From NCBI RefSeq assembly GCF_963921235.1, contig NC_086108.1, forward strand, positions 36,892,001-36,956,000: a DNA stretch of 64,000 bases, read 5' to 3'. The notes beneath the pieces are model-generated. The model searched no databases, was not told the origin of the DNA, and saw nothing but the letters and a program-made list of their open reading frames with translations. The stretch's first letter is position 1. Every line of letters starts with the position of its first letter. A program made the translations under genes and the position numbers. Shown here in pieces: positions 1 to 10,928 of the stretch. The DNA comes from Mobula hypostoma. Lineage: Eukaryota.

Positions 1-644
1 TAAAAGTTTACTTTTGTCTTACTTTATTGTTTCATGACGGAATGTGAATGTAACGGAGTAATGTGAATGTGTTAATCTCTGTTCATGTAGCATGAGCAAG
101 AGAATTCATTTCAGGTCTAGCCTATATGTGTTTGGAAGTTGAACATGTGTGTGCCAATGTGAGTATACCTCTTAGTTAAGATGAGATGTATTAATTCATA
201 TCTTTGATGTCGTATAAAAGGTACAGTGTTGTGGGATTCTAATATTGTTTGTATTTTTTAATAGAATTGTTACTACTGTAATGGTTTTGTAAATTTTGTT
301 TTATTTACTTTCATACTGCATACACAACTAGTTGATGCACAATTGTGTGGACCGAAACTAAACTGAGATTGCAACGGCAGGAACTGTGGTCTTTTTAAAT
401 TCATTTTTTTGTGTTTATTTTGATACTCTATTTCTGCATTAAAACATCTAAAACAGATAAAGGAATTAATGACCTGAAAAAATATTTGTTGTCCTGAGTG
501 TGTATTTTTCCCAGGCTACCTGGCCATAATGGAGTCAATGAAAGACTGCACAAACTTGAACATTTAACCAGTGTGCGAAAGGCAACTAACTGCAAAAACA
601 AAGAGAAAGAAATAATAATAATAAATATATAAGCAATGATTATT

Positions 645-825
645 GAGAGTTGAACAATCTTTGGCTCCGGGGCATCTTCCGTGGTGATTGTAGGAGTTGA
701 GTCTGGGACTGCAGGAAGAGGTTCTGACAGCTTCGGACGCCTTTATTCTCGAACAATTTACTCTGCTCTCCTCAAATGATCAACGTATCTTCTTCAGATG
801 ACATCAAACCCAATATGCCGGAGAG
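645..825 (-). mobile_element. Gypsy LTR-retrotransposon integrase C-terminal remnant
   Basis: The minus strand reads DVI*RRYVDHLRRAE, then a Pro/Thr/Glu-rich tail. This matches the WRRH(V/I)DQL motif at the end of Gypsy pol. Confidence 0.55.
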
Positions 826-1768
826 TCATGTATATCTGGTGAAGAACATCTTTAGGAGGCAAATGCTTCGAGCTTGGAGCCATCGAGACCCTTCAGAGAT
901 TCGTTGGATGCTCCAGGCAGGATGCTGCAAGGAAGGTCTCTGTGATGATGACTGTAGTCTATGAATACTTGCGCTTTGGGGAAGGCTGCAAAATAGCAAA
1001 TTGCTGGGCTTCCTATGCATATTCCTTTGGGCTAAGAGAAAAGTAAATTCAGCACAGAGCTTGGATATCCTCCCCAATGAAGCAGCGAAGAACAAATTAT
1101 GAGATGTGGCAGAGATTAGCAACAAGGGTTTGGACGATGCTGAGGCTTGGAAGATGAGAATGACAGTGACTCTGACCTCTCTAAACAAAGCAGTGTAAGG
1201 CTTTGTTTAATTTTGCAGCTGGTCACGGATCTCATTCAGGAGCAGGAATTCAATTTGCACGTTGACCCGCTAAATAGCACAATTATAGGGAGAAGCAGGG
1301 TTAGTAAAATGCAGCTGCTCTGTTTGTAAATACAAATGCTAGTCAGTGAAAATGAGAGTGTCACTCCAGGTAGATACTGTGACTTTGTTTTGAGGAGTCT
1401 CATTCTGGAAAGATAAGTATGAGGGGAAACGAAATTTCTGACAAAATGTAAGGTACCAAATTTCCTGACAGGCGCTAAACTACCAAGAAATACACACAGA
1501 ATTGCTGTACTCCAGGTAAAGCTATTTTTCAGTGGTCAACAGTGTTAGTTTCAGTATTGGGTGCACAAATTTCTAGCCTTCATCTCTAAGATAATCATTG
1601 GGTGCCTGATCAGGTAGCTGATGGCAGGGGCGTCACGTGATGACGTGGGATTGAGACGTGTAAATCCAGCTCTCCCATAAAAAATTAGCAAAGTACTGTT
1701 TAAACAAAACAAAGTTAATAAATACTTTCCGAAAACTATTTATAAACTTTGTAAGACTACTTTATGAT

Positions 1769-2853
1769 ATGCCTCCTAAACCGCAACAAAAGAAGTCTGC
1801 TGTTGCGAAGCAGCCGCGAGAGGGGAAGAAAAAAGGGCCTACTGCAACGATGGAGCCTCGGACTCAGGTTGGATCTCCTTCGGTAGAACAGGGAGCAATG
1901 GCGGCGGTAGCGGTCTCTCCGAAGAAGATGCCGGAAATGCGCATGCGCAAACCGACACAACACAAACTACAAGAACCGACAGCCACTGCAATTGAAAATG
2001 ACTCAGAGTCAGAATTGGATTCTGCAGAGAACACAGATGAAGAAGAGGAGAAAGAATTGGAAGCGATTGGAAGTAAAGGAGATGATGGAAACATAAGAGA
2101 GGCTATATTGCAATTAACGGCTGAACTAAGAAAAGTAAGAGAAGAGCTTAGAGATATGAAGATGTGCTATAATAAAGTTATGGAAAGACAGGATAAAATG
2201 GATAAGAAGATTCAGAAGATGGAAAGAGCAATGGGGCATATGAATGATAGAGTGGAAAAAACAGAAAATGATCTGCTTGTTTGGAACTCGGAAAGAAATC
2301 GACTCTTGGAGAAAGTGGACATCTTGGAAAATTTCAGTAGACGTAATAATATTAAAATTGATGGTCTTAAAGAAGGTATGGAGGGAGAAAATCCAATAGA
2401 ATTTTTTCAAAGATGGATCCCAGAAGTTTTGCAAATGAAAGAGGAGGTTCGACCAATTGAAATTGAGCGGGCACATAGAGCTTTGAGACCAAAACCAAAA
2501 GATGACCAATATCCACGATCGATTTTAATAAAATTCTTAAGATTTCAAGACAAGGAAAGGATTCTACAGGCAGCTGCTCAAGCTGCCAAGGATAGAAAAG
2601 GGCCATTGATGATTCAAGGGAACAAAGTTTTTTTCGACCCTGAACTTTGAAGAGAAGGAAGAAATTTAATCCAGTGAAAACATGGGATCACGGTTATCAA
2701 TTTATATTGCGTTATCCTGCAACCTTGAAGATTTTTTTGCCTGGTGGAGAAAAAAGATTTTTTGATGACTACCGGAAAGCAGAGCAGTTTGTGTGAGATT
2801 CTCTGAATATTCACCAGATACGAGAACAAATCCAGGGGAGCGAGATAGATTGA
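1769..2853 (+). pseudogene. L1 ORF1p (coiled coil + Transposase_22/RRM domain), frameshifted near 2640
   Basis: ORF 1769-2650 has LENFSRRNNIKIDG, EIERAHR, PRSILIKFLRFQDKERIL. The C-terminal part (RYPATLKI...FFDD) continues in another frame, with an in-frame TGA at 2794. Confidence 0.9.
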
Positions 2854-3489
2854 AGATGAAGATTGGGTCAAAGAATGGACTTGTTGGATTTTTGAAGGCG
2901 GATGAATATATAAATATATTATTAATTATACGAGGGGGGTAAGAAAGGTTAAAATTGGAGGAATATTAGTTGGGAATAATAACATTAATTTTGTCTATAT
3001 ATATATAATTTTTTTTTGTTGCAGGGGAGCTGGAAGAAGCACTGACCAATTGCTACGCTAATCATGTGTGCAAGCGTGGCTTTAGCCACGACCCGTAAAA
3101 TGGAGGGGGGTAGTGTTGTGTATCTTTTCATTCACAACATTAGTGGGGGGGGGGGTATTTTGTTTTTTTCTTTTTTTGTATCCTTTCTATCTTTTTTTTT
3201 TCTTTTTGCCTGGAGGGTTGGGGGAGGGAAACACATAGCAACATGGTGAAGTTCAAAGAGATTCCCCAAGGAACTATGAGAGTTGAGAAGATAAGTAATG
3301 TTTTAGATTGGAGTAACTTGGTTAAGAATAATGACTAATTTATTGAATTTTTTGAGTTTTAATGTTAACGGGCTTAATGGACCAGTGAAAAGAAAAAGAA
3401 TCTTAACACATATTAAGAAAATGAAGCAACACACATCAAAGTTGCTGGTTGAATGCAGCAGGCCAAGCAGCATCTATAGGAAGAGGCGC

Positions 3490-3525
3490 AGTCGACGTTT
3501 CAGGCCGAGACCCTTCGTCAGGACT
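3490..3525 (-). ncRNA. Minimal hammerhead ribozyme motif (inverted-arm copy)
   Basis: Exact reverse complement of 5162-5197. Confidence 0.8.
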
Positions 3526-4091
3526 AACTGAAGGAAGAGTGAGTAAGGGATTTGAAAGCTGGAGGGGGAGGGGGAGATGCAAAATGATAGGAGAAGACAG
3601 GAGGGGGAGGGATAGAGCCGAGAGCTGGACAGGTGATAGGCAAAATGGGATACGAGAGGATCATGGGACAGGAGGTCCGGGAAGAAAGACGGGGGGGGGG
3701 TGACCCAGAGGATGGGCAAGAGGTATATTCAGAGGGACAGAGGGAGAAAAAGGAGAGTGAGAGAAAGAATGTGTGCATAAAAATGAGTAACAGGTGGGGT
3801 ACGAGGGGGAGGTGGGGCCTAGCGGAAGTTAGAGAAGTCAATGTTCATGCCATCAGGCTGGAGGCTACCCAGACGGAATATAAGGTGTTGTTCCTCCAAC
3901 CTGAGTGTGGCTTCATCTTTACAGTAGAGGAGGCCGTGGATAGACATGTCAGAATGGGAATGGGATGTGGAATTAAAATGTGTGGCCACTGGGAGATCCT
4001 GCTTTCTCTGGCGGACAGAGCGTAGATGTTCAGCAAAGCGGTCTCCCAGTCTGCGTCGGGTCTCACCAATATAGCTTAAAAAAAAAGCCTA

Positions 4092-4868
4092 AGGCTTTTC
4101 ATTCTAGGACGAGGGAGATGTCTTCATTTTTTAAAGAAAGGGGCTTCCCTTCCTCCACTATCAACTCTGCTCTTAAACGCATCTCCCCCATTTCACGTAC
4201 ATCTGCTCTCACTCCATCCTCCCACCACCCCACTAGGAATAGGGTTCCCCTGGTCCTCACCTACCACCCCACCAGCCTCCGGGTCCAACATATTATTCTC
4301 CGTAACTTCCGCCACCTCCAACGGGATCCCACCACTAAGCACATCTTTCCCTCCCCCCCTCTCTCTGCAACCCGCAGGGATCGCTCCCTACACAACTCCC
4401 TTGTCCATTCGTCCCCCCCATCCCTCCCCACTGATCTCCCTCCTGGCACTTATCCGTGTAAGCGGAACAAGTGCTACACATGCCCTTACACTTCCTCCCT
4501 TACCACCATTCAGGGCCCCAAACAGTCCTTCCAGGTGAGGCATCACTTCACCTGTGAGTCGACTGGGGATCACCGAGTGATACTGCGTCCGGTGCTCCCG
4601 ATGTGGCCTTATATATATTGGTGAGACCCGACGCAGACTGGGAGACCGCTTTGCTGAACATCTACGCTCTGTCCGCCAGAGAAAGCAGGATCTCCCAGTG
4701 GCCACACATTTTAATTCCACATCCCATTCCCATTCTGACATGTCTATCCACGGCCTCCTCTACTGTAAAGATGAAGCCACACTCAGGTTGGAGGAACAAC
4801 ACCTTATATTCCGTCTGGGTAGCCTCCAGCCTGATAGCATGAACATTGACTTCTCTAACTTCCGCTAG
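4092..4868 (+). pseudogene. PLE polyprotein C-terminus: RT thumb/linker, CxxxxCxxC motif, GIY-YIG endonuclease
   Basis: FKERGFP...PLVLTYHP...CKRNKCYTC...FTCESTG, then after a frameshift near 4570: YCVRCSRCGLIYIGETRRRLGDRFAEH...VATHFN...LEEQHLIFRLGSLQP.SMNIDFSNFR*. Confidence 0.9.
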
Positions 4869-5161
4869 GCCCCACCTCCCCCTCGTACCCCACCTGTTAC
4901 TCATTTTTATGCACACATTCTTTCTCTCACTCTCCTTTTTCTCCCTCTGTCCCTCTGAATATACCTCTTGCCCATCCTCTGGGTCACCCCCCCCCCGTCT
5001 TTCTTCCCGGACCTCCTGTCCCATGATCCTCTCGTATCCCCTTTTGCCTATCACCTGTCCAGCTCTCGGCTCTATCCCTCCCCCTCCTGTCTTCTCCTAT
5101 CATTTTGCATCTCCCCCTCCCCCTCCAGCTTTCAAATCCCTTACTCACTCTTCCTTCAGTT

Positions 5162-5197
5162 AGTCCTGACGAAGGGTCTCGGCCTGAAACGTCGACT
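5162..5197 (+). ncRNA. Minimal type-I hammerhead ribozyme motif in the PLE pseudo-LTR
   Basis: AGTC (stem I), CTGACGA core, AGG/gtctcgg/CCT stem II, GAAA, palindromic ACGT stem III, GTC cleavage triplet (cut predicted after 5193), GACT (stem I'). Confidence 0.8.
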
Positions 5198-8100
5198 GCG
5201 CCTCTTCCTATAGATGCTGCTTGGCCTGCTGCGTTCAACCAGCAACTTTGATGTGTGTTGCTTGAATTTCCAGCATCTGCAGAATTCCTGTTGTTTGCAT
5301 TAAGAAAATGAAGATAGATTTAGCTTTTTTTACAGGAAACGCACCTAACAGAAACAGAACATCAGAAACTAAAGAGAGATTGGGTGGGTAGTGTTGTTGT
5401 GGCTTCATTTAATTCAAAAGCAAGGGGAGTAGCAATTTTGATCAATAAAACGTTACCAATTAGAATACAAAATGCAATAACTGATTCTGCCGGGAGATAT
5501 GTGATTATACATTGTCAACTTTTCTCTGAACTATGGACTTTTATGAATATTTATGCACCAAATGAAAATGATGTAAAATTCATACAAGAAGCTTTTCTGA
5601 ATTTGGCGGATGCACATGAAAAAATATTAATTGGAGGAGACTTTAATTTTTGCTTAGACCCAGTCTTAGATAGATCAACCAAGGCTGTTATAAAATCGAA
5701 GGTAGTAAATCTAACTTTATCATTGATGAAAGATTTAAATTTGATTGATATATGGAGAAGAATCAATCCTAAAGAAAGAGACTATTCGTTCTATTCTCAT
5801 AGACATAAAACTTACTCAAGGATAGATTTGTTTCTATTATCAATGCATATTCAATACAGAGTGAAAAATATGGAATATAAAGCAAGAATATTATCAGATC
5901 ATTCCCCTTTATTAATGACAATAATAATGGCTGATAAGGAAGAAGTGGCTTATAGATGGAGATTTAATTCAACATTATTAAAACGTCAAGATTTCTGTGA
6001 TTTTATGAAAAAGCAGATTCAATTTTTTTTGGATACAAATTTTCATTCAGTGGATGATAAATTTATATTATGGGATGCCATGAAAGCATATCTTAGGGGC
6101 CAGATAATAAGTTATACGTCTAAAATTAAGAAAGAATATATGGCAGAACTAGATCAATTGGAAAAAGAGATTACAAAAATAGAAAAAGAATCTCAAAGAT
6201 ATATGTCAGAAGAAAAACGAAGACAACTTGTTAATAAGAAGTTACAATATAATACGCTTCAGACATATAGAACGGAAAAAGCAATTATAAGAACTAAGCA
6301 AAGGTATTATGAGTTAAGTGAGAGAGCACATATAATTCTTGCCTGGCAGTTGAAAACAGAACAAGCTTCCAAAACAATAAATGCAATTAGAACAAGGGCA
6401 AATAAAATATCTTATAAACCTCTTGAAATAAATGAAACCTTTAAAAGTTTCTATTCTGAATTATATCAATCAGAATCACAAAATGATGTTAATGAGATAG
6501 AAAGGTTTTTATCACAAGTATCTCTTCCAAAATTGAATTTGGAAGAACAGAAGGGATTAGATATGCCTTTTACATTAAAAGAAGTTGAAGAAGCTTTAGG
6601 ATCACTCCAAAGTAATAAATCTCCAGGAGAAGATGGTTTTCCACCTGAATTCTATAAAAAATTTAAAGATTTATTATTTCCTCTCTTTATGGAACTAATA
6701 CGTCAAGCAGAAAAAACACATACACTCCCAGAATCTTTTTCAACAGCGATTGTAATAGTATTGCCAAAAAAAGACAGAGACCCTATGAAACCAACATCAT
6801 ACAGGCCTATTTCTCTATTGAATACGAATTATAAAATAATAGCAAAAATTTTATTGAATAGATTATCTAAATATTTACCAAAATTAATAAATATGGATCA
6901 AACAGGATTTATTAAAAATAGACAATTGGCAGATAATGTAACCCGGCTACTCAGTATAATTCATTTGGCACAAAAAAGGGATGAGAAGAGTATAGTAGTA
7001 GCCTTGGATGCAGAAAAAGCATTTGATAGATTAGAATGGGATTTTTTATTTAAAGTATTAGAAAAATATGGGTTAGGAACATCTTTTATAAATTGGATTA
7101 AAACTTTAAATTCTAACCCTAAGGTTAAAGTAGTGACAAACTCTCAAATTTCAACACCATTCCAGTTAAAAAGGTCAACTAGACAAGGTTGTCCATTATC
7201 ACCTGCTTTATTTGTACTGGCGATAGAGCCATTAGCAGAACTAATCTGAATTGATCCAGATATTATGGGTTTTAGAGTTAATCAGGAGGAATATGCTGAT
7301 GTTGTTTTGATTTACTTAACAAACCCACAACATTTGTTACATAAATTATCTTCTAGATTGGATGAATATGGGAAGGTATCAGGTTATAAAATAAATTGGG
7401 ATAAAAGTGAAATTTTACCTCTTACTAAAGGAGACTATAGTCAATGTCGATTAGTAACCCAATTTAGATGGCCGGTAAATGGTATAAAGTATTTAGGTAT
7501 AAGACTTGATAATGATGTAAAGAATTTATATAAATTTAATTATTTACCACTATTGAAAAAAATTCAAGAAGATTTTGACAAATGGATGATACTACCAATA
7601 ACATTAGTAGGTAGAGTCAATGTTGTAAAAATGAATATATTTCCTAGATTACAGTATTTGCTTCAAACATTACCAATACAATTGCCACAGAAGTTCTTTC
7701 AAGAGTTAAATAAATGTGAGAGAAAATTTCTTTGGAAAGGTAAAATGTCAAGAATATCATTGGAAAAATTGACATGTAAATTTGGGTTAGGAGGGTTACA
7801 ACTTCCAAACTTTAAAAATTATTATAAAGCAAATCAACTTAGATTTATTGCATCTTTCTTTGATGATCGAAAACCAGCATGGATTAAAATAGAATTAGAC
7901 AAGATAGGAGAAAATAGACCTGAAGATTTTATATATAAATGGGAATCTAAATGGATACGGGAAAAGAAAGAATCTCCTATATTAACACATTTGATTGATC
8001 TATGGAATAAGATAAATGTTGATAATGAAACACAGAAATCTCTATTAGCAAGGAGACTTTTTTCCAAAACAGACTTATTCCTTTTACAATGGGCAATCAA

Positions 8101-9202
8101 CTTTTATATAATTGGTACCAAAAAGGGATTAAATTTATAGGAGATGGTTATGAACGAGGTATATTGATGTCATTTGAACAACTAAAGGATAAATATAAAA
8201 TATCAAATAATACTTTCTTTTGTTACCTTCAATTAAGGGCTTACTTAAAAGGTAAGCTGGGCCAAACAATGTTTTTGCCAAAACCTAATGAAATTGAAAC
8301 TTTAATTCAAAAAGGGAAAATTAAAAAAATTATTTCTTGTATGTATAATTTGATTCAAGAACAGACAATTAAACAAGGAATCCATAAGTCAAAGCAAAAA
8401 TGGGAAACAGATCAGAATATTAATATTGATGAAACAAATTGGTCAAGACTCTGTCTTGACAGTATGACAAATACAATAAATGTTCGACTTAGATTAGTAC
8501 AATATAATTTTTTACACCAATTATATATTACACCACAAAAAATAAATAGATTAAATTCAAATCTATCTGATAAATGCTTTCGGTGTAATCAAGAAATTGG
8601 TAGTTTTTTACATTCTACTTGGTCTTGTTTTAAAATTCAACCCTTTTGGATAAATTTAAGAGTCTTATTGGAACAAATTACTGGAACTCAACTTCCACAT
8701 AACCCTGTATTATTTCTATTAGGTGATATTGAAGGGATAAAACCGAAACTGAAATTGAATAAATATCAGAAAGAATTTATAAAAATTGCATTGACAGTAG
8801 CTAAGAAGACTATAGCAGTTACTTGGAAATCTGATTCGTATTTAAGTATGGATCGTTGGAATAATGAAATGGCTAGTTCTATTCCACTCGAAAAAATTAC
8901 TTATAATTTAAGAGATAAATATGTAACATTTTTGAATATTTGGCGCCCTTATTTACAAAAGATAGGATGGCATATTTAAGTGCTCCGATAAAGATCTTGG
9001 TCCCTTGGGGAAAGTAATGAATAATTATACCAAATTTATTTTGAATCCCATGGAGCATGTGGAAACCTTCCAACATCCAGGCAGCTCTTCCTTTTTTTTC
9101 TCTTCTTTCTTTTTAGGTAGGACTATATATGGGGGGGAGGGGACGGTTAAGGGGAGGGGGGAGGGTAGATTTTATCTTTTCATTTATTCTTTTTGAAAAC
9201 TC

Positions 9203-9208
9203 AATAAA
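9203..9208 (+). terminator. L1 polyadenylation signal AATAAA
   Basis: AATAAA 14 nt upstream of the 3' TSD. Confidence 0.7.
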
Positions 9209-9529
9209 AATTATATTATAAAAGGTAGCTGATGGCACTATATCATGTGAAGTTACACCGTCAGCTTCACTTTCTTTTTGCTTCCTACAGCTGATCAGGT
9301 CAAAATGATAAGTTATCTGAAAGAAGAAGGGCACAGAGGTGGCACAAAGCTGCCTGCTTGCAAACCAGACGAAGGAATGGTGAGATGTGAGAGGATGTAT
9401 CAGCACTAATGTTGTCTTCAATGATCTTTGAAACAGGCACTTAATCTATCTTAGGCAATATCGCTTCCACTGGCTTCGGATGATACAGCACGCCTGTCTT
9501 CCACTGCTTGACTGTTAAGCCTCTGGTTT

Positions 9530-9740
9530 TCTACACTGATCAGGAAGAAGCTAACGTTATTGGGTGTAGCAAAAGGCATGGGATCAGATGGCATCTCTGG
9601 TATTGTGTTGAAAAGCTGTGTTCCAGAATTAGCTACACCCTCAGAGACAAGTTCTTTCAGTACTACAATACTGGACTGTACTGACAAGGAGGTATGTTCC
9701 ATTTACGAAAAAAAACAGAACAGATTAGATCTGGCCACTA
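9530..9740 (+). mobile_element. Old CR1/L2-clade LINE RT remnant
   Basis: AKGMGSDGISGIVLKSCVPELATP resembles KA.GPDGI...VLK.C..ELA.PL. Confidence 0.55.
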
Positions 9741-10091
9741 GTTAGGGACAGGAATGAGGGGAGCTAGAGGTCAAGGACAGTAAATGAAGAGTCTGGGAGA
9801 GTAGTTCCACAGTAGAAGGCCAGTTACCCCTATAGAGAGATGTCAGGCCAGCAGGCCCAGAGGACAAAGACCAGCTATCCCCATGGTTAATGACAGAGGT
9901 CAGTGGGCCATGTGGACTTCTGTAGTCCGGCAGGTCCCCCCAGGTCATTGAGACAGAAGATCGATGTCCACGTGGACAGAAAGCACTCAGGTCAACAACT
10001 CCCTAGGCCCCCCAAATCAGTGAGGCCTGTGGTCAGAGGATTGTGTGAGTCTGGAATTTGAGCCCAAATTATAAAGTTCCGTGATTGGCAA

Positions 10092-10350
10092 CGTTAGGTT
10101 TTGTAACTTCAAAAATCGAAAGGAAAGAAAAACTCAGGAACCAAGATACTTATCTACTTAGTTTTTTACCCCTTTTTTCTGAGAGATGCTTTCATATGCC
10201 ATGGTGGTGTAATGAGGTATGCTATTCATGTACATCTTACATATAACCATAATGAATTATGTAAGCAAACAAAGAATGCTTAATCAAACAATATATTTAT
10301 AATATCATTCAAATATTACTGAAATATTAAATATAATACATCCCTCCCTA
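10092..10350 (-). mobile_element. Probable Gypsy 3' LTR with adjacent polypurine tract
   Basis: (C/T)GTTA...TAACA inverted termini at 10092 and 10340. TCCCTCCCTA (PPT on the minus strand) abuts the end. Confidence 0.5.
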
Positions 10351-10928
10351 CTTAGTTACAAACTCCAACTCAATATAGAATGAATCTCAAATCGAACTTA
10401 CAGTATATATGGTATACCATAAAATACAGCTACAGGATACATTGACGACATGATTGAAAATGTTACAGAAATGTTAAATACACTTCAGATGAGTCCTAGT
10501 GTTGATACTGAAAGTTGATGCCCAAAGGTCGAAGACTGAAATTGGCAAGTCTGGAAGTCAAGGCCCAATGGTTGAAGCCCCTGGGTCAGTGTGTCTGGAA
10601 TTCAGAGGCCTGATTTCTGTAAGTCCAGGCCAGGGACTGAAGGTTGTGTGCCCAGACGTGGCCTGTCCTGGGTGCGTATGGATGGATGGGGGGTGGGGGA
10701 GGAGGAAAGCGGCTTATTTTGTTGTTATTGTTTTGTTTTGTTGCTGTGATTGAATTGTTGTTGTTGTTGTTCTGCTGAACATTGTGGGCATGGTAGGTTG
10801 GCACTGGAATATGTGAGGGCACTTGCAGGCTACCGCTACCACATCCTTAGGCGGTTTTGGTTGCGAACGCAAGTGACGCATTTCATTGTATATTTCGATG
10901 TACACGAGAAGAATAAAGGAATGTGAAT

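Larger units (their letters stand above)
3427..5298 (+). mobile_element. Penelope-like element (Neptune type), 5'-truncated, with inverted pseudo-LTR (fold-back)
   Basis: 15-bp TSD ATTAAGAAAATGAAG at 3412-3426 and 5299-5313. 3427-4073 is the reverse complement of 4614-5260. Encodes a linker Zn motif and a GIY-YIG endonuclease. Confidence 0.93.
3331..8979 (+). pseudogene. L1 ORF2p (APE endonuclease, reverse transcriptase, CCHC), disrupted
   Basis: Motifs: SFNVNGLN, LQETHL, NIYAPN, GGDFN, SRIDLF, SDHSP, KSPGEDG, YRPISLLN, DAEKAFD, TRQGCPLSP, KYLGI, C-x2-C...H...C. Lesions: PLE insertion after codon 32, extra T at 5325-5331, TGA at 7247, damaged catalytic motif (YADV), frameshift near 8055. Confidence 0.95.
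1627..9222 (+). mobile_element. Full-length L1 (LINE-1) retrotransposon, inactivated
   Basis: Perfect 15-bp TSD AGGTAGCTGATGGCA at 1612-1626 and 9223-9237. G-run start, ORF1, about 480-bp spacer, ORF2 (APE-RT-CCHC), G-rich 3' UTR, AATAAA at 9203 and a short A-rich tail. Confidence 0.95.

Noticed and set aside
227..454. Possible LTR (TGTT...AACA)
   Set aside because: No partner LTR, TSD or clear PPT within the window.
826..1329. 120-aa and neighbouring ORFs as host exons
   Set aside because: No recognisable domain or convincing splice structure. They adjoin a Gypsy remnant.
3449..5238. Mirror-image ORF pairs (for example 3633-4025 and 4662-5054) as duplicated genes
   Set aside because: They are off-frame or antisense readings of the PLE inverted arms.
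3427..5260. DNA transposon with long TIRs
   Set aside because: The arms are PLE GIY-YIG and 3' UTR sequence, the ends are asymmetric (38-nt tail), and there is no transposase.
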